DNA of 64,000 nucleotides from Elusimicrobiota bacterium (GCA_043819795.1 JBDREN010000071.1:1-64000), one strand, 5' to 3'. Counted from the stretch's first letter, positions 1 through 9,635 are shown. Numbers and translations: made by a program. The notes: a model not told the origin generated them from the letters alone.

Positions 1-594
1 GCCCTCCTCGATGTTGAGCACCACGACGAGCTTGTACCCGACGGCTTCGCCGCGATGCTCGGCCCCTTCGTAGTTCTCTTTCTGCCCGTAGGGAATCGTA
101 ATGTCGGTGCCGTCCACCGCGTAAACTCCGCCCCGGTACCACTTCTTCGACCGCAAAAGCCGCACGTGCTCCCACCAACTGCGCTGCACCGACTTCTCGC
201 TAATGCGCCCCAGGTGGTTGGACAAGGTTTCGGGGTCCACTCGGGGACGTCCCTGCTCCCGCGCATCTTCGATCTGCTCGGCCTGAAATCCCACCGTCCG
301 CAAAAGCGCCTCGTCTCCCACGACCTTCCCGCTACGGGCGATCCGCTCCACTCCGGCCAGTTCGCATAAGGCCCACAGGCCGTTGAGCGTCCTCGGCGAA
401 TAGCCGTTGCCCTTCTTGAGGCCGTCGGCTTCGGTCTCCACCAGGACCGACCAGAAGCCCCCCACCATCAGAAACCCGATGATCAGATCGTTGTCCCCGA
501 AGGCGCTGGTATGCCCGTCGAGGTCCTGTCCCTGCTCCAGCTTTTGGGCCACGGCCGACTTATCTTCACGCCACAGATGCCAGGTGTTCATCAT
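1..594 (-). CDS. DDE transposase (IS4/IS5-like), N-terminal 198 aa, truncated by window edge
   Basis: Manual translation MMNTWHLWREDK...VDPETLSNHL...GVYAVDGTDITIPY...GYKLVVVLNIEEG; the xDGT and GYKL motifs are typical of DDE_Tnp_1. ATGA overlap with the upstream ORF. Absent from the ORF track because there is no stop in the window. Confidence 0.8.
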   Translation of the reverse strand, partial: MMNTWHLWREDKSAVAQKLEQGQDLDGHTSAFGDNDLIIGFLMVGGFWSVLVETEADGLKKGNGYSPRTLNGLWALCELAGVERIARSGKVVGDEALLRTVGFQAEQIEDAREQGRPRVDPETLSNHLGRISEKSVQRSWWEHVRLLRSKKWYRGGVYAVDGTDITIPYGQKENYEGAEHRGEAVGYKLVVVLNIEEG

Positions 595-956
595 TTCGTC
601 CTCCGCAGCAACCCGTCGACGTCTCGGCACCGGCCTTTGCCTATGCGACGCAACAGACGTTCGATCTCATCGTTGACTCGCGTCCACTCGGCCATCGTCC
701 GACTGAACTCCCGCCAAGCCGCGGCATGCCGGCGCACGAACTCCAATTGCTGCTTGCGGACGTAGCGATGGCGGCTGTTCTGCGGGCCGGGGATCGATAG
801 GTAGTGCGCCGGGGGCGCTCCAGGACGGAAGCGCCGCTCAATGAGTGAGGCGGCGACCATGGCGTGGTGCTCTTGGGCGATACGCTCCAGTGTGTTGCGG
901 CGTGCCTTGAGTTCGCGAATCCGCTGGCGTAGCTTGGCGAGCTGGAGCTTGTTCAT
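591..956 (-). CDS. IS-associated basic helical protein, DUF6788-like (121 aa)
   Basis: MNKLQLAKLRQR...ASLIERR...HYLS...RHRYVRK...AWREF; resembles DUF6788 proteins found ahead of transposases but lacks Cys motifs. Confidence 0.6.
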   Translation of the reverse strand: MNKLQLAKLRQRIRELKARRNTLERIAQEHHAMVAASLIERRFRPGAPPAHYLSIPGPQNSRHRYVRKQQLEFVRRHAAAWREFSRTMAEWTRVNDEIERLLRRIGKGRCRDVDGLLRRTK

Positions 957-963
957 GTAACAC

Positions 964-992
964 ACTATAGTATATAGCTGTGTTATACACAA
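964..992 (-). promoter_or_regulatory. sigma70-like promoter of the IS operon, overlapped by an imperfect palindrome
   Basis: TTGTGT(992-987)-17 bp-TATAGT(969-964), 7 nt before ATG 956; TAACACA...TGTGTTA inverted repeat at 958-985. Confidence 0.65.
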
Positions 993-1127
993 GCGAAAAA
1001 ATGGCGAATCCGGGAAAGATCCGCCGGATCCGCCTAAGCCCCGTCAATCAAAATCTACTTTCGATTTTCCTGTATTGGTCAAGACTGGAGACCGGCGCCG
1101 CGGATCTGTGGAGCCGAGCGAGTTCTC

Positions 1128-2588
1128 CTACGGAAAGATGCCGAGGTCGAGGTAGGTCAGGGCGACCTTATTGATCCCGTTCAGGAAGGCCGCGGTCCGC
1201 AGGTTGCCGACCCTCTTGTCCTTCTTCATGGTCTCCCGTACCAGCTGATACGAGATGATCATCGTGTCCTCGAGGCCCGAGTTCACGAGGTCGAGCTCGT
1301 CGGCGCCGCGTACGATCTTCCGGCGCGCGGCGTCCGTGAGAGTCTTGCCGGTCGCCGATTCCATGGCCTGGACGATTCTGCCGTAGGCCGCCTCGTCGAA
1401 CCGGCGGTCCATGCGGCCGAAGGCCACGTGGGACAGGTTCTTGAGCCACTCGAAGTAGGACACGGTCACGCCGCCGGCGTTGAGGTAGATGTCCGGGAGG
1501 ATGAGCACCCCTCTGCGCTCGAGCGCATCCTCGGCGGCCACCGTGGTCGGGCCGTTCGCGGCTTCGGCGATAATCCGGGCCCGCACGCGGGGGGCGTTGT
1601 CGCGCGTGATCTGGTTCTCGAGCGCGGACGGGATCAGGATGTCGCATTCGAGCTCGAGCGCGTCGGCCGTGTTCTTGAGGGCTTGAGCGCCGGGAAAGCC
1701 CGTGATGGACCCGGTCTCCTTCCGGTGACGGTCCACCGCCTCCACGTCGAGCCCTTTCGGGTCGTGGAGCGCGCCGTCGTGCTCGGCGATGGCGATGACG
1801 CGGCAGCCGCCTTCCGCGCAGAACTTGGCGGCGTGGTAGCCGACGTTGCCGAAGCCCTGCACCACGACGGATTTCCCTTCCAGGCCCGGCTCAAGGCCGA
1901 GCTTCTTCATGTCGGCCTTGTAGCCGCAGGCCTCGCGCAGGCCGTAGTACACGCCCCGGCCGGTGGCCTCCACCCGGCCCCGGATGCCCCCCAAGGCGAG
2001 CGGCTTCCCGGTGACGCAGGCCAGGGCGTCGAGGTCCTTATGGTGGAACGTCTGGTAGGTGTCGGCGATCCAGGACATCTCCCGCGCGCCCGTGCCGTAG
2101 TCCGGAGCGGGGACGTCCACGGCCGGGCCCAGGCAGTTCCTCTTGATGAGCTCGGCCGCGTAGCGGCGCGTGATCCGCTCGAGCTCGTCGACGGTGTAGT
2201 CCCGCGTGTTGATCTTGATGGCGCCTTTGGCGCCTCCGAAAGGGACCCCCACGATGGCGCACTTGAAGGTCATCAAGGCCGCCAGGGCCTCGACCTCGTC
2301 CTGGTCCGCCACGCTTGCGAAGCGGATGCCGCCCTTGGAGGGCAGCTTATGGTGGCTGTGCTCCACGCGCCAGGCCGAGATCACCTCATAGCCGCGCCGC
2401 GTCCGGACGGGGAACTGCAGCTTCAGGACGTTGTTGGAGGTCTTGATCTGCTCGAGCAGCCCCTTCGGATGCTTGCTGAGGGCGGCCGCCCGATCGTAAC
2501 ACAACATCACGTTATGGAAGAAGCTCCGCATGGGCTTCTTGTCGGTCTCCGGCTTGGGCTTATCGGCGCGGGCGGCTTTGGCTGGCAT
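1128..2588 (-). CDS. gdhA: Glu/Leu/Phe/Val dehydrogenase (glutamate dehydrogenase)
   Basis: KGGIRF, PFGGAKG, DVPAPD, QGFGNVG, EAANGP and [10 protein letters not shown] motifs; ATG 2588 with AGGAGA RBS. Confidence 0.93.
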   Translation of the reverse strand: MPAKAARADKPKPETDKKPMRSFFHNVMLCYDRAAALSKHPKGLLEQIKTSNNVLKLQFPVRTRRGYEVISAWRVEHSHHKLPSKGGIRFASVADQDEVEALAALMTFKCAIVGVPFGGAKGAIKINTRDYTVDELERITRRYAAELIKRNCLGPAVDVPAPDYGTGAREMSWIADTYQTFHHKDLDALACVTGKPLALGGIRGRVEATGRGVYYGLREACGYKADMKKLGLEPGLEGKSVVVQGFGNVGYHAAKFCAEGGCRVIAIAEHDGALHDPKGLDVEAVDRHRKETGSITGFPGAQALKNTADALELECDILIPSALENQITRDNAPRVRARIIAEAANGPTTVAAEDALERRGVLILPDIYLNAGGVTVSYFEWLKNLSHVAFGRMDRRFDEAAYGRIVQAMESATGKTLTDAARRKIVRGADELDLVNSGLEDTMIISYQLVRETMKKDKRVGNLRTAAFLNGINKVALTYLDLGIFP

Positions 2589-2605
2589 GGACGATCTCCT
2601 GTCCG

Positions 2606-3877
2606 CTAAATGATGTAGTAGGCCTTCAGCTCCCGGAACAGGGTCGAGAAGACGACCTTGACGACCACGACGGTGGGGACGGCGAAGAGCATCCCGACGA
2701 TGCCGAAGAGTATGGACCCGCCCATCACGCCGAAGATGACCAGCAGCGGGTGGAGGTCCACGGCGCCGCCCAGGACGATGGGCTGGAAGACGGTGTTGTC
2801 CAGGCCCTGGGCGATCACGACCGTCAGCAGCACGCCCAGGAGCAGGTCGTCGGGCCCGAAGTACGGAAGGATCGGATGTACGTTCTCGGCGATCAGGGCG
2901 TAGGCGAAACCCGCGACCAAGCCGATGGCGGGGCCGAGGTAGGGGATGGCGTTGGCGACGCCGGCGATGAGCGCGATGGCCAGGGCGGCTTGGGGCGGGG
3001 CGCCGAACAGCCAAAGCAGGACGAAGAAGGTGAGCCCCACGAGCCCGCACTGCATCGTCACGCCCCGGAGGTAGTTGCCCAGGGCCCTATCGACATTGTG
3101 GATGACGGTGAGGGTCACCTCGAAGTACTTGTTGGGCACCATGGATACGAGGTGCTTGAGGATCCGCCGGTCGTCGAAGAGCAGGAAAAGGAATACGAAC
3201 GGCATGACGATCCAGATGGAGACAATTCTAAGGAGGTAGGCGACCACGGAATCCTGGGAGCGCGCTCCCTCCTGCTCCCGGGCCGCGGCCCCCGCCTGTC
3301 CGACCTCCTCGGCCTGCGCCCGCTCCCGATGTCGCTGGCGCTGCCGAACCCGTTTCATCAAAGAGACGTTCGCGCGGTGGTAGGCGCCGTACTCCTGGGG
3401 GAGCGGCGGATATCCCTTGTGCCCCTGGAAGTAGAGCCCGAAGAGCCGCCTGTCCTCGGCGTCCAGGGCCAGCAGCCGGTTGAGACCGTCCGCGACGGGC
3501 TCCACCTCTTTGCGAAGCCACTCCGGCAGACGCGCCCGGACCGCTTCGTAGTGCTCGTTCACCTTGTACTGGACCCGCACCCGGAGCACCAAGCCCTCCC
3601 TTTCGTCGGGGATCATGGATTTCACGTGGGACACCAGCAGCCACAGCGTCGCGACGAACGCCCCCACCAGGATCAGGACGCCCACGACGCGCGGGATGCG
3701 GCGCAGGCTCATCTTGTCGAGGATCGGGACGCAGATATAGGCGCTCAGCGCGCCGATGATGGCCGGCAGGATGAGGGCGCGCAACGCCCAGAGTAGGAAG
3801 AGCCCTATCACGAGCCCGAGGGCCACGGCCAGGCCGTAGAAGACGCGCGCCCGGACGAGCCGCTCGGCGCCGCTCAC
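2606..3877 (-). CDS. AI-2E family (PerM/UPF0118) transporter with enlarged soluble insert
   Basis: IPYLGP and '[27 protein letters not shown]' motifs; multiple TM segments. Confidence 0.88.
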   Translation of the reverse strand: MSGAERLVRARVFYGLAVALGLVIGLFLLWALRALILPAIIGALSAYICVPILDKMSLRRIPRVVGVLILVGAFVATLWLLVSHVKSMIPDEREGLVLRVRVQYKVNEHYEAVRARLPEWLRKEVEPVADGLNRLLALDAEDRRLFGLYFQGHKGYPPLPQEYGAYHRANVSLMKRVRQRQRHRERAQAEEVGQAGAAAREQEGARSQDSVVAYLLRIVSIWIVMPFVFLFLLFDDRRILKHLVSMVPNKYFEVTLTVIHNVDRALGNYLRGVTMQCGLVGLTFFVLLWLFGAPPQAALAIALIAGVANAIPYLGPAIGLVAGFAYALIAENVHPILPYFGPDDLLLGVLLTVVIAQGLDNTVFQPIVLGGAVDLHPLLVIFGVMGGSILFGIVGMLFAVPTVVVVKVVFSTLFRELKAYYII

Positions 3878-4404
3878 GCCGGCCTCTTCTCCCCCGCTTT
3901 CTGCAGCTGCTCGTTCGTGATCTTCAGGCGGATTCCGATGATCAGCGAGAAGGCCTTGAAGATCTTGCAGCCGATGACGGGGTCGGTGTATAGGAGCTTG
4001 TTGAGGTCGGCGCGGAAGAAGGCCATGGCCTCCGTCCGGCGCGTGGCCACGGCTGACGCGGACCGGGGGGAGTTGTCGAGCAGGGCGAGCTCGCCCAGGA
4101 AGTCGCGGGGGCCCAGGGTGGCCAAAGTCAGATGCTTCCCATGGCCCTGCGGGACGATGATGTCCACCTCCCCGCTCTTGATGATGAACATGGCGGCGCC
4201 GGGCTGCTGCATCTCGAAGATGAATTCGCCTTCCTCATAAGTGCGGTCGTAGACGATGTCGGCGACGCGCCCCAGCTCCCGTTTGTTGAGCCCTTCGAAA
4301 AGAGGGAAGGTCTTGAGGAACTGGACTTTGGAAACCTTCCCCGCGTCCTTCCCTTTGCGGAAAACGTTGTCCCAAAGCGCGTTGATCGCGATGCCACGAG
4401 CCAT
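3874..4404 (-). CDS. Stand-alone cyclic nucleotide-binding domain protein
   Basis: 'FIIKSGEV...FLGELALLDNSPRSASAVA' phosphate-binding cassette; no HTH; GGAGG RBS. Confidence 0.9.
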   Translation of the reverse strand: MARGIAINALWDNVFRKGKDAGKVSKVQFLKTFPLFEGLNKRELGRVADIVYDRTYEEGEFIFEMQQPGAAMFIIKSGEVDIIVPQGHGKHLTLATLGPRDFLGELALLDNSPRSASAVATRRTEAMAFFRADLNKLLYTDPVIGCKIFKAFSLIIGIRLKITNEQLQKAGEKRPA

Positions 4405-4505
4405 CCGGTTCGCCTCCTAAAGGGCAGCCGTCTATTCCTGGAGAATATAGCATTCTGCGGGCCTTTAACTGGACCCGGGCGGTGACGCACGATATCGTCC
4501 GGACT

Positions 4506-4553
4506 TTGAGTAACTCGGTAATCGGTGCCTGGCACTCTCCGCAAGTTACTCAA
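4506..4553. repeat. Nested inverted repeat (REP-like or operator)
   Basis: TTGAGTAACT(4506-4515)/AGTTACTCAA(4544-4553) perfect 10-bp IR enclosing GTGCC-T-GGCAC. Confidence 0.6.
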
Positions 4554-4606
4554 TATTGGTGCGGGCTCGGCGCTGGCGGGACGCTTGGGGCGGATAAAGG
4601 GCGGGC

Positions 4607-6094
4607 TCAGCCGGCGAGAAGGCGGGCGATCTCCCGCTTCCAAACGGAACGATGGGCCTTGGCCTGCCCGCGGCTCATGCGCGGGACGAACGACCGGTAC
4701 CCGCGTCCGCTGTCGAACCCGCTCCGGGAAGCCCGGAGGCCCGCCGTCTTGGCGGCCAGCTTCGCCACTCCCCAAGCGGTGGATTCCGCGATGCGGGAGA
4801 CGCGGACCGGCACGCCCAAGAGGTCGGCTTGGAACTGCATCAGGAACCGGTTCGCGGTGGCGCCGCCGTCGGCCTTCAGCTCCCGCACGCGTCGTCCCGT
4901 CGCCGCCTCCATCCGCTCGAGCACGTCGGCGGTCTGCTGCGCGACGGATTCGAGGGTGGCCCGGATGATGTGCTCCCGGGTCGTGCCCCGGGTCAGTCCC
5001 GTGATCATGCCCCGGACGTGCGGCGCCCAATAGGGCGAGCCCATGCCCGTGAGGGCGGGGATCACCACCACACCGCCGGAATCGGCGACTCGCCGGGCCA
5101 TCCGATCGGTCTCCGAGGCGCGCCCGAAGAATCCCAGCCCGTCGCGCAGCCACTGGACCGCCGCCCCCGCGATGAAGATAGACCCCTCGAAGGCGTACGT
5201 CTTTCGGCCGGCCTCATCGCAGGCCAGCGTCGCCAGAAGACCCGGGGGCGCGGCCCGGAATCGCTCGCCGAGGTTGACTACGACGAAGCAGCCGGTCCCG
5301 TAGGTGTTCTTCGCATCCCCTTTGCGGTGGCACCCCTGCCCGTAGAGGGCGGCCTGCTGGTCGCCCAGGATGGCGAGAATGGGGATCCCCTTGCATAGAG
5401 GGCCCTGAGCGACGGTCTCTCCGAAACGCGATCCGGAGTCCCGGACCTCGGGAAGCACGGCTTCCGGGATCTCGAAAAGACGCAGCAGCTCCGGGTCCCA
5501 GCGCGCGGTTCTGATGTTCAAAAGGAGCGTGCGCGAGGCGTTCGTGAAGTCGGTGGCGTGGACCCGCCCGCCCGTCAGCTTCCAGAGCAGCCAGGTGTCG
5601 ATCGTCCCGAAGAGGATCCCTCCCCGCCGGGCCTTCGCCCTCAACGACGGGTCGCGCCGGAGCGACCACTGGAGCTTCGTCCCCGAGAAATAGGGGTCCA
5701 GGACCAGCCCCGTCTTGCGGCGGACCATCCTCTCGCAGCCTCGCCGCTTCAGCGCCTGGCAGAGGTCGGCGGTCCTCCGGTCCTGCCACACGATGGCCCG
5801 GCCCACGGGCCTGCCCGAGGCCTTGTCCCAAAGGACCGTGGTCTCCCGCTGGTTTGTGATGCCGATCGCGGCGATCCGCGATGAGGGTATCCTCGCCCGC
5901 GAGAGGGCTTGCCGGACGACCGTCAGCACGGAGCGCCATATCTCGTCGGGGTCGTGCTCGACGAGGCCCGGCCGGGGGTAGTACTGGCGGAATTCCCGGT
6001 AGGCGGCTCCGATGGGCTTGGCCGAGGCGTCATAGAGGATGGCCCGCGTCCCGGTGGTGCCCTGGTCGATGGCGAGGACGGCGGACGAATCCAT
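4607..6094 (-). CDS. glpK: Glycerol kinase
   Basis: AIDQGTTGTR, GITNQRET, WQDRRT, TDFTNASRT, GDQQAAL, KNTYGTGCF and DGGATAN motifs. Confidence 0.95.
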   Translation of the reverse strand: MDSSAVLAIDQGTTGTRAILYDASAKPIGAAYREFRQYYPRPGLVEHDPDEIWRSVLTVVRQALSRARIPSSRIAAIGITNQRETTVLWDKASGRPVGRAIVWQDRRTADLCQALKRRGCERMVRRKTGLVLDPYFSGTKLQWSLRRDPSLRAKARRGGILFGTIDTWLLWKLTGGRVHATDFTNASRTLLLNIRTARWDPELLRLFEIPEAVLPEVRDSGSRFGETVAQGPLCKGIPILAILGDQQAALYGQGCHRKGDAKNTYGTGCFVVVNLGERFRAAPPGLLATLACDEAGRKTYAFEGSIFIAGAAVQWLRDGLGFFGRASETDRMARRVADSGGVVVIPALTGMGSPYWAPHVRGMITGLTRGTTREHIIRATLESVAQQTADVLERMEAATGRRVRELKADGGATANRFLMQFQADLLGVPVRVSRIAESTAWGVAKLAAKTAGLRASRSGFDSGRGYRSFVPRMSRGQAKAHRSVWKREIARLLAG

Positions 6095-6116
6095 CAAGAA
6101 ACGGCGCGGCGCGGCA

Positions 6117-6551
6117 TCACGTGCGCGCCGGGCGTTTGGCGCGCTTGGAGGGACGCGTGTCCAGTATCTCGTGGATCTTTGGGATGAGGCGGTCGGCCCG
6201 GAGCGGCTTCGACATGAAGTCCACTACGTTGGGCTCCTCGCAGATCATCGCTTTCGTGAGGTGGTCTTTGGAGTATCCCGAGATGATGATGATGGGGATG
6301 TCCGCGGTGGGCTCCGACTGGAGCTGCACCGTGATCTCGTGGCCCCCGTGCCGCGGGAACATGAGATCGAGGAGGATGAGGTCGGGCAGCAGCTGCCGGA
6401 CCTTCCTGAGGGCCTCCCGTCCGTCGAACGCCTGCTCGATGCGGAAGCCTTCGGTTCGCAGAGCGAGGGAGATGAACTCCTGCTGGCCATCGTCGTCGTC
6501 GACGATGAGGATCAGCTTGTCTTTCGCCTCGGCGCTCCCGGCAGGTGTCAT
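6117..6551 (-). CDS. Single-domain response regulator (receiver)
   Basis: ILIVDDD, PDLILLDLMFP, IIISG and KP motifs; start set at ATG 6551 because the -10 box abuts ATG 6575. Confidence 0.88.
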   Translation of the reverse strand: MTPAGSAEAKDKLILIVDDDDGQQEFISLALRTEGFRIEQAFDGREALRKVRQLLPDLILLDLMFPRHGGHEITVQLQSEPTADIPIIIISGYSKDHLTKAMICEEPNVVDFMSKPLRADRLIPKIHEILDTRPSKRAKRPART

Positions 6552-6575
6552 TCGGCCCCCGACGTGGTCAGGCAT

Positions 6576-6604
6576 GTTATAGCCCCCGATCCCCAGAAAG
6601 TCAA
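6576..6604 (-). promoter_or_regulatory. sigma70-like promoter for response regulator-glpK
   Basis: TTGACT-17 bp-TATAAC. Confidence 0.6.
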
Positions 6605-6627
6605 TAGATTTTTTGTACTATGCGGGC

Positions 6628-7773
6628 GTGATTGTCATAACGCCGCAATCGGTGCGGGGAGGCGCGGCGGCTATCCTGCTGGCGGTTTGTGTCGTCAGCG
6701 GGACCGGCGTCGCGGCGGACCGCGTCCCGTCCGCCGAACGAGGACCGGAGCGCCCCGTCAAGATGCGCGGCTTCTACGGCTTCAACCCGAAAGAAGCGCC
6801 GTTCGCCGGGATGGCCCCCGAACGGATCGCGGACGCCCTTTCAGGATGGGGGGTCGACTTCGTCGTGGGAGGATCGCGCGACAAGGCCGTGGCGGCGGCG
6901 CTTCAGGACCGCGGCATAAGGATCTTCGCCGTCCTCGACTGCTTCCAGGGAGAGAGTCACTGGAAGAGCCGTCCGGAGAGCCGCCCCATCCGCGCGGACG
7001 GAAAACCCCTCTCGAAGGTGCGGTGGTACGCGGGGGTCTGCCCCTCGCAATCGTGGCTGAGGCGCCGCATCCTGCGCGAGGCCGCGGCCCTGGCGCGAAA
7101 GCCCGAGCTCGCCGGCGTCTGGCTCGATTTCATCCGCTACCCCGTCCACTGGGAGGTGCGCGCTCCCGACCTGCCCGAGACCTGTTTCTGTCCCGTCTGC
7201 TTGGACAAGTTCCAGCGCGAGGCGGGGATACGCCTGCCGGGGCGCCTGGACGGGCCGGCGGCCAAGGCCCGGTGGATCCTGCTCCGCCACGCGCGGGCTT
7301 GGACCGATTGGAGGGCGGACAATATCGCGGGCTTCGTGGGCCAGGTGCGGCGCGCGATCCGTCGGGAGCGGCCGGGTTTCCGGCTCGGGCTTTTCGTCCT
7401 TCCTTGGGGCCCGGAGGAGTTCTCCGGAGCCATGACGCGCGTGGCCGGACAGGATATCGAGAAGCTCGCGGCCGAGGCCGACATCCTGTCCCCGATGGCC
7501 TACCATACGCTCGTCGGACGTCCGGTGCAATGGGTGCATGAGGTCGCGCGGCGCCTGGCGGATGCCGGCGGCAAGCCGGTATGGCCGATCGTGCTGGCCG
7601 GAGAAGGCAAGGATGCCATACCCCACGAAGAGCTTAGGAGGGCCGTGCGGTTCGCGTTGCAGGAGCCGTCCCAAGGGGTGCTGGTGTTTCCCCAGAGGGT
7701 ACTCGCCCTGCCGGAGCACCGCGCGGGCCTGCCGCGCTTGTTCCCGACGGCCGACGGTCAGCCGAAGCGGTAG
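6628..7773 (+). CDS. Secreted glycoside-hydrolase-like TIM barrel (GHL10/DUF187-like)
   Basis: Signal-like N-terminus; 'VCPS', 'GVWLDFIRYP', 'CFCPVC' and 'GQD...DILSPMAYH' motifs. Confidence 0.72.
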   Translation: MIVITPQSVRGGAAAILLAVCVVSGTGVAADRVPSAERGPERPVKMRGFYGFNPKEAPFAGMAPERIADALSGWGVDFVVGGSRDKAVAAALQDRGIRIFAVLDCFQGESHWKSRPESRPIRADGKPLSKVRWYAGVCPSQSWLRRRILREAAALARKPELAGVWLDFIRYPVHWEVRAPDLPETCFCPVCLDKFQREAGIRLPGRLDGPAAKARWILLRHARAWTDWRADNIAGFVGQVRRAIRRERPGFRLGLFVLPWGPEEFSGAMTRVAGQDIEKLAAEADILSPMAYHTLVGRPVQWVHEVARRLADAGGKPVWPIVLAGEGKDAIPHEELRRAVRFALQEPSQGVLVFPQRVLALPEHRAGLPRLFPTADGQPKR

Positions 7774-8045
7774 TGCTTGCGGACCGCCTTCTTGACGGTC
7801 CAGACGCAGTCCATCCCCCGGGGGAAAGTGACCAGCTCTCCCGGGCCGAGCGTCACGGACCGCCCTCCGGCCTCCACGACGACCTCTCCTTCGAGGAAGT
7901 AGCAGGTCTCGCGGTCGTCGTAGTGCCAAGGGAAGCGCGAGGGCTCCTTCGTCCAGATCGGCCATGACGAGACGCCGAGCTCCTTGAGGCGGCCCTCATC
8001 CGGCTTCTCGACGATGATCTTCTCCGAGGTCCTCGCATCGGTCAT
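7758..8045 (-). CDS. Cupin, DUF861/EutQ-like (95 aa)
   Basis: 'LGVSSWPIWTKEPSRFPWHYDDRETCYFLEGEV...FPRGMDCVW...VRKHY'. Confidence 0.9.
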   Translation of the reverse strand: MTDARTSEKIIVEKPDEGRLKELGVSSWPIWTKEPSRFPWHYDDRETCYFLEGEVVVEAGGRSVTLGPGELVTFPRGMDCVWTVKKAVRKHYRFG

Positions 8046-8344
8046 TGTCGACCTCCGGCCGGAGTGGTCTTCTGTTCCGGCTTCGGCTTTTCGGGGGATG
8101 GCGTCTCCCGCTCCTGCAGCTTTCTCTTGAGCTCGCGGGTCGCCAACGTGTTCTTGACGAGGCTGGGCAGACAGGCGAGCAGACCTACGGCGGCTCCCAG
8201 GGCGAAGGTCGCAAGCATGACCAGGGCCATGGACGCCTCGTACCTCCACGCCAGGAAAGCCACGCTGACGGGGACCGCGTTCTGGAGCGCGAATACGCAG
8301 GCCAGAGCGCCTATCAGAAGGGCGAGCGCTAGAAAGGCGGGCAT
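8042..8344 (-). CDS. LapA/DUF1049 family membrane protein
   Basis: 'FALQNAVPVSVAFLAW...FALGAAVG' followed by a C-terminal coiled coil. Confidence 0.82.
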   Translation of the reverse strand: MPAFLALALLIGALACVFALQNAVPVSVAFLAWRYEASMALVMLATFALGAAVGLLACLPSLVKNTLATRELKRKLQERETPSPEKPKPEQKTTPAGGRQ

Positions 8345-8477
8345 AGACCCATTGTAGCAATTAGAAGTCATCCCAAAACCAGGCGTACAAGGCCGCCTCG
8401 GGTCCGTAGACGTCGCGCTCCGAATCCCGCGGCGGATTGACAAGGCTGCGACAGAAGCAATAGTCTAGTCCCTCTAA

Positions 8478-8879
8478 ATGAAGACCGTTTGCCGCCGCAT
8501 ACTGCGCCGCGAGGCTCCCGAAGGCGAGGGGTGGGGCGTCTACATCGTGTCGTGCGGAGACGGCTCCTACTACACGGGGATCGCGAAGGACGTCCATGCC
8601 CGGGTGAAGACCCATAATGCGGGCAAGGGAGCGGCTTACACGCGGACCCGCCGGCCCGTCGAGCTGCTTTATTGGCGGCACGGGCTCTCGCGCTCGGAGG
8701 CCCTGGTTCGTGAGGCGGGGATCAAGTCCCTGAACCGCGCGCAGAAGCGGATCATCATCGAGGGCGGGGCGCCCAAGACGCGGAAGCCGTCGGCTTCGGG
8801 GCGCCGCGGGCAAGGGCGAGCGGGACGGAAGCTTTCGCCGCCTCGGTCCAGCAAGCGCGGATCCGCCCGCAAACGTTAA
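8478..8879 (+). CDS. Small GIY-YIG nuclease (UPF0213-like) with basic tail
   Basis: 'WGVYIVSCGDGSYYTGI...HNAGKGAAYTRTRRPV...EALVREAGIK'. Confidence 0.9.
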   Translation: MKTVCRRILRREAPEGEGWGVYIVSCGDGSYYTGIAKDVHARVKTHNAGKGAAYTRTRRPVELLYWRHGLSRSEALVREAGIKSLNRAQKRIIIEGGAPKTRKPSASGRRGQGRAGRKLSPPRSSKRGSARKR

Positions 8880-8917
8880 GGCGAGTAGACAACCCAGCGG
8901 CGCAAGCGACCGGTCGG

Positions 8918-9180
8918 CATGTCCGCAGGCCTCCCCCACGGGGAGGCCTGCGCTTCGTCAAGGGGGCCGAGAGCTCCCTCTCCCCGCGGGAGAGGGTCGG
9001 GGTGTGGGGAGCATCCTCTTGATAACCCGGAGGTTCAAGCGCGCGACCGGCGCTGACATGTCCGCAGGCCTCCCCCACGGGGAGGCCTTGCGCTTCGTCG
9101 AGGGGGCCGAGAGTTCCCTCTCCCCGCGGGAGAGGGTCGGGGTGTGGGGAGCATCTTCTTGATAACCCGGAGGTTCAAGC
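8918..9180. repeat. Two tandem ~123-bp composite REP-like units
   Basis: 8918-9040 and 9057-9180 are near-identical; each has hairpins GCAGGCCTCCCC-CAC-GGGGAGGCCT and CCCTCTCCC-CGC-GGGAGAGGG. Confidence 0.92.
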
Positions 9181-9220
9181 GACCGGTCGGCGCTTCGCGC
9201 GACCGGCGCTGACTAACCCC

Positions 9221-9249
9221 TTGACGGGAAACGGTTTCGGGCCTATAGT
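9221..9249 (+). promoter_or_regulatory. sigma70-like promoter
   Basis: TTGACG-17 bp-TATAGT. Confidence 0.7.
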
Positions 9250-9277
9250 TCATGGGAAGGGCCGAGAGACCATACCC

Positions 9278-9622
9278 ATGCCCAGGCCGAAGAAGTCGAA
9301 AACCAAGACCAAGACCAAGACCAAGGCCGAGAGCGCTAAGGCCGAGAGCGCTGAGACCGAGAGCGGCGAGACCGAGGGGCCGACGGACCTTTCCTCCCTG
9401 CAGAAGATATTCGAGGCGACGATGCAGGCCGAGAAGGCGCGCCCGGCCCTGCAGTGGGTCGACGTCGAGTGCCCGCATTGCGGCGAGGAGTTCGAGGTCC
9501 GCGTCGACCCCGCCGAGGAAGACCAGGAGATGATCCAGGACTGCCAGGTCTGCTGCAAGCCCATCCAGATGGCGGTCGAGGTGGAGGACGGGGAGGTCAC
9601 GGTCTCCGCCTACCGGGAGTGA
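9278..9622 (+). CDS. CPXCG-motif cysteine-rich (zinc ribbon) protein with low-complexity N-terminus
   Basis: 'CPHCGE...QDCQVCCKP'; (KT)n and (AESAK)n N-terminus. Confidence 0.82.
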   Translation: MPRPKKSKTKTKTKTKAESAKAESAETESGETEGPTDLSSLQKIFEATMQAEKARPALQWVDVECPHCGEEFEVRVDPAEEDQEMIQDCQVCCKPIQMAVEVEDGEVTVSAYRE

Positions 9623-9635
9623 GCCTCGTCGCCGA

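Larger units (their letters stand above)
1..1090 (-). mobile_element. Insertion sequence, left part (accessory ORF + DDE transposase); runs off the window start
   Basis: Two coupled ORFs including a DDE transposase; lower GC than the flanks; sits ~40 bp past the gdh stop. Left end near 1085-1090 is a guess because the other end is outside the window. Confidence 0.75.

Noticed and set aside
1128..3050. 640-aa GDH with a long N-terminal extension (similar extensions on the PorV-like, GspM, GspG and thiolase ORFs)
   Set aside because: The extensions overlap upstream genes out of frame; internal starts with an RBS or ATGA coupling are better supported.
8361..8441. Short ORF ...VNPPRDSERDVYGPEAALYAWFWDDF as a RiPP or leader peptide
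   Set aside because: No convincing start or RBS, it overlaps two divergent promoters, and no maturation enzymes are adjacent.
8918..9180. CRISPR array or structured ncRNA gene
   Set aside because: Two whole-unit duplicates with no spacers; related hairpins recur at other intergenic sites.
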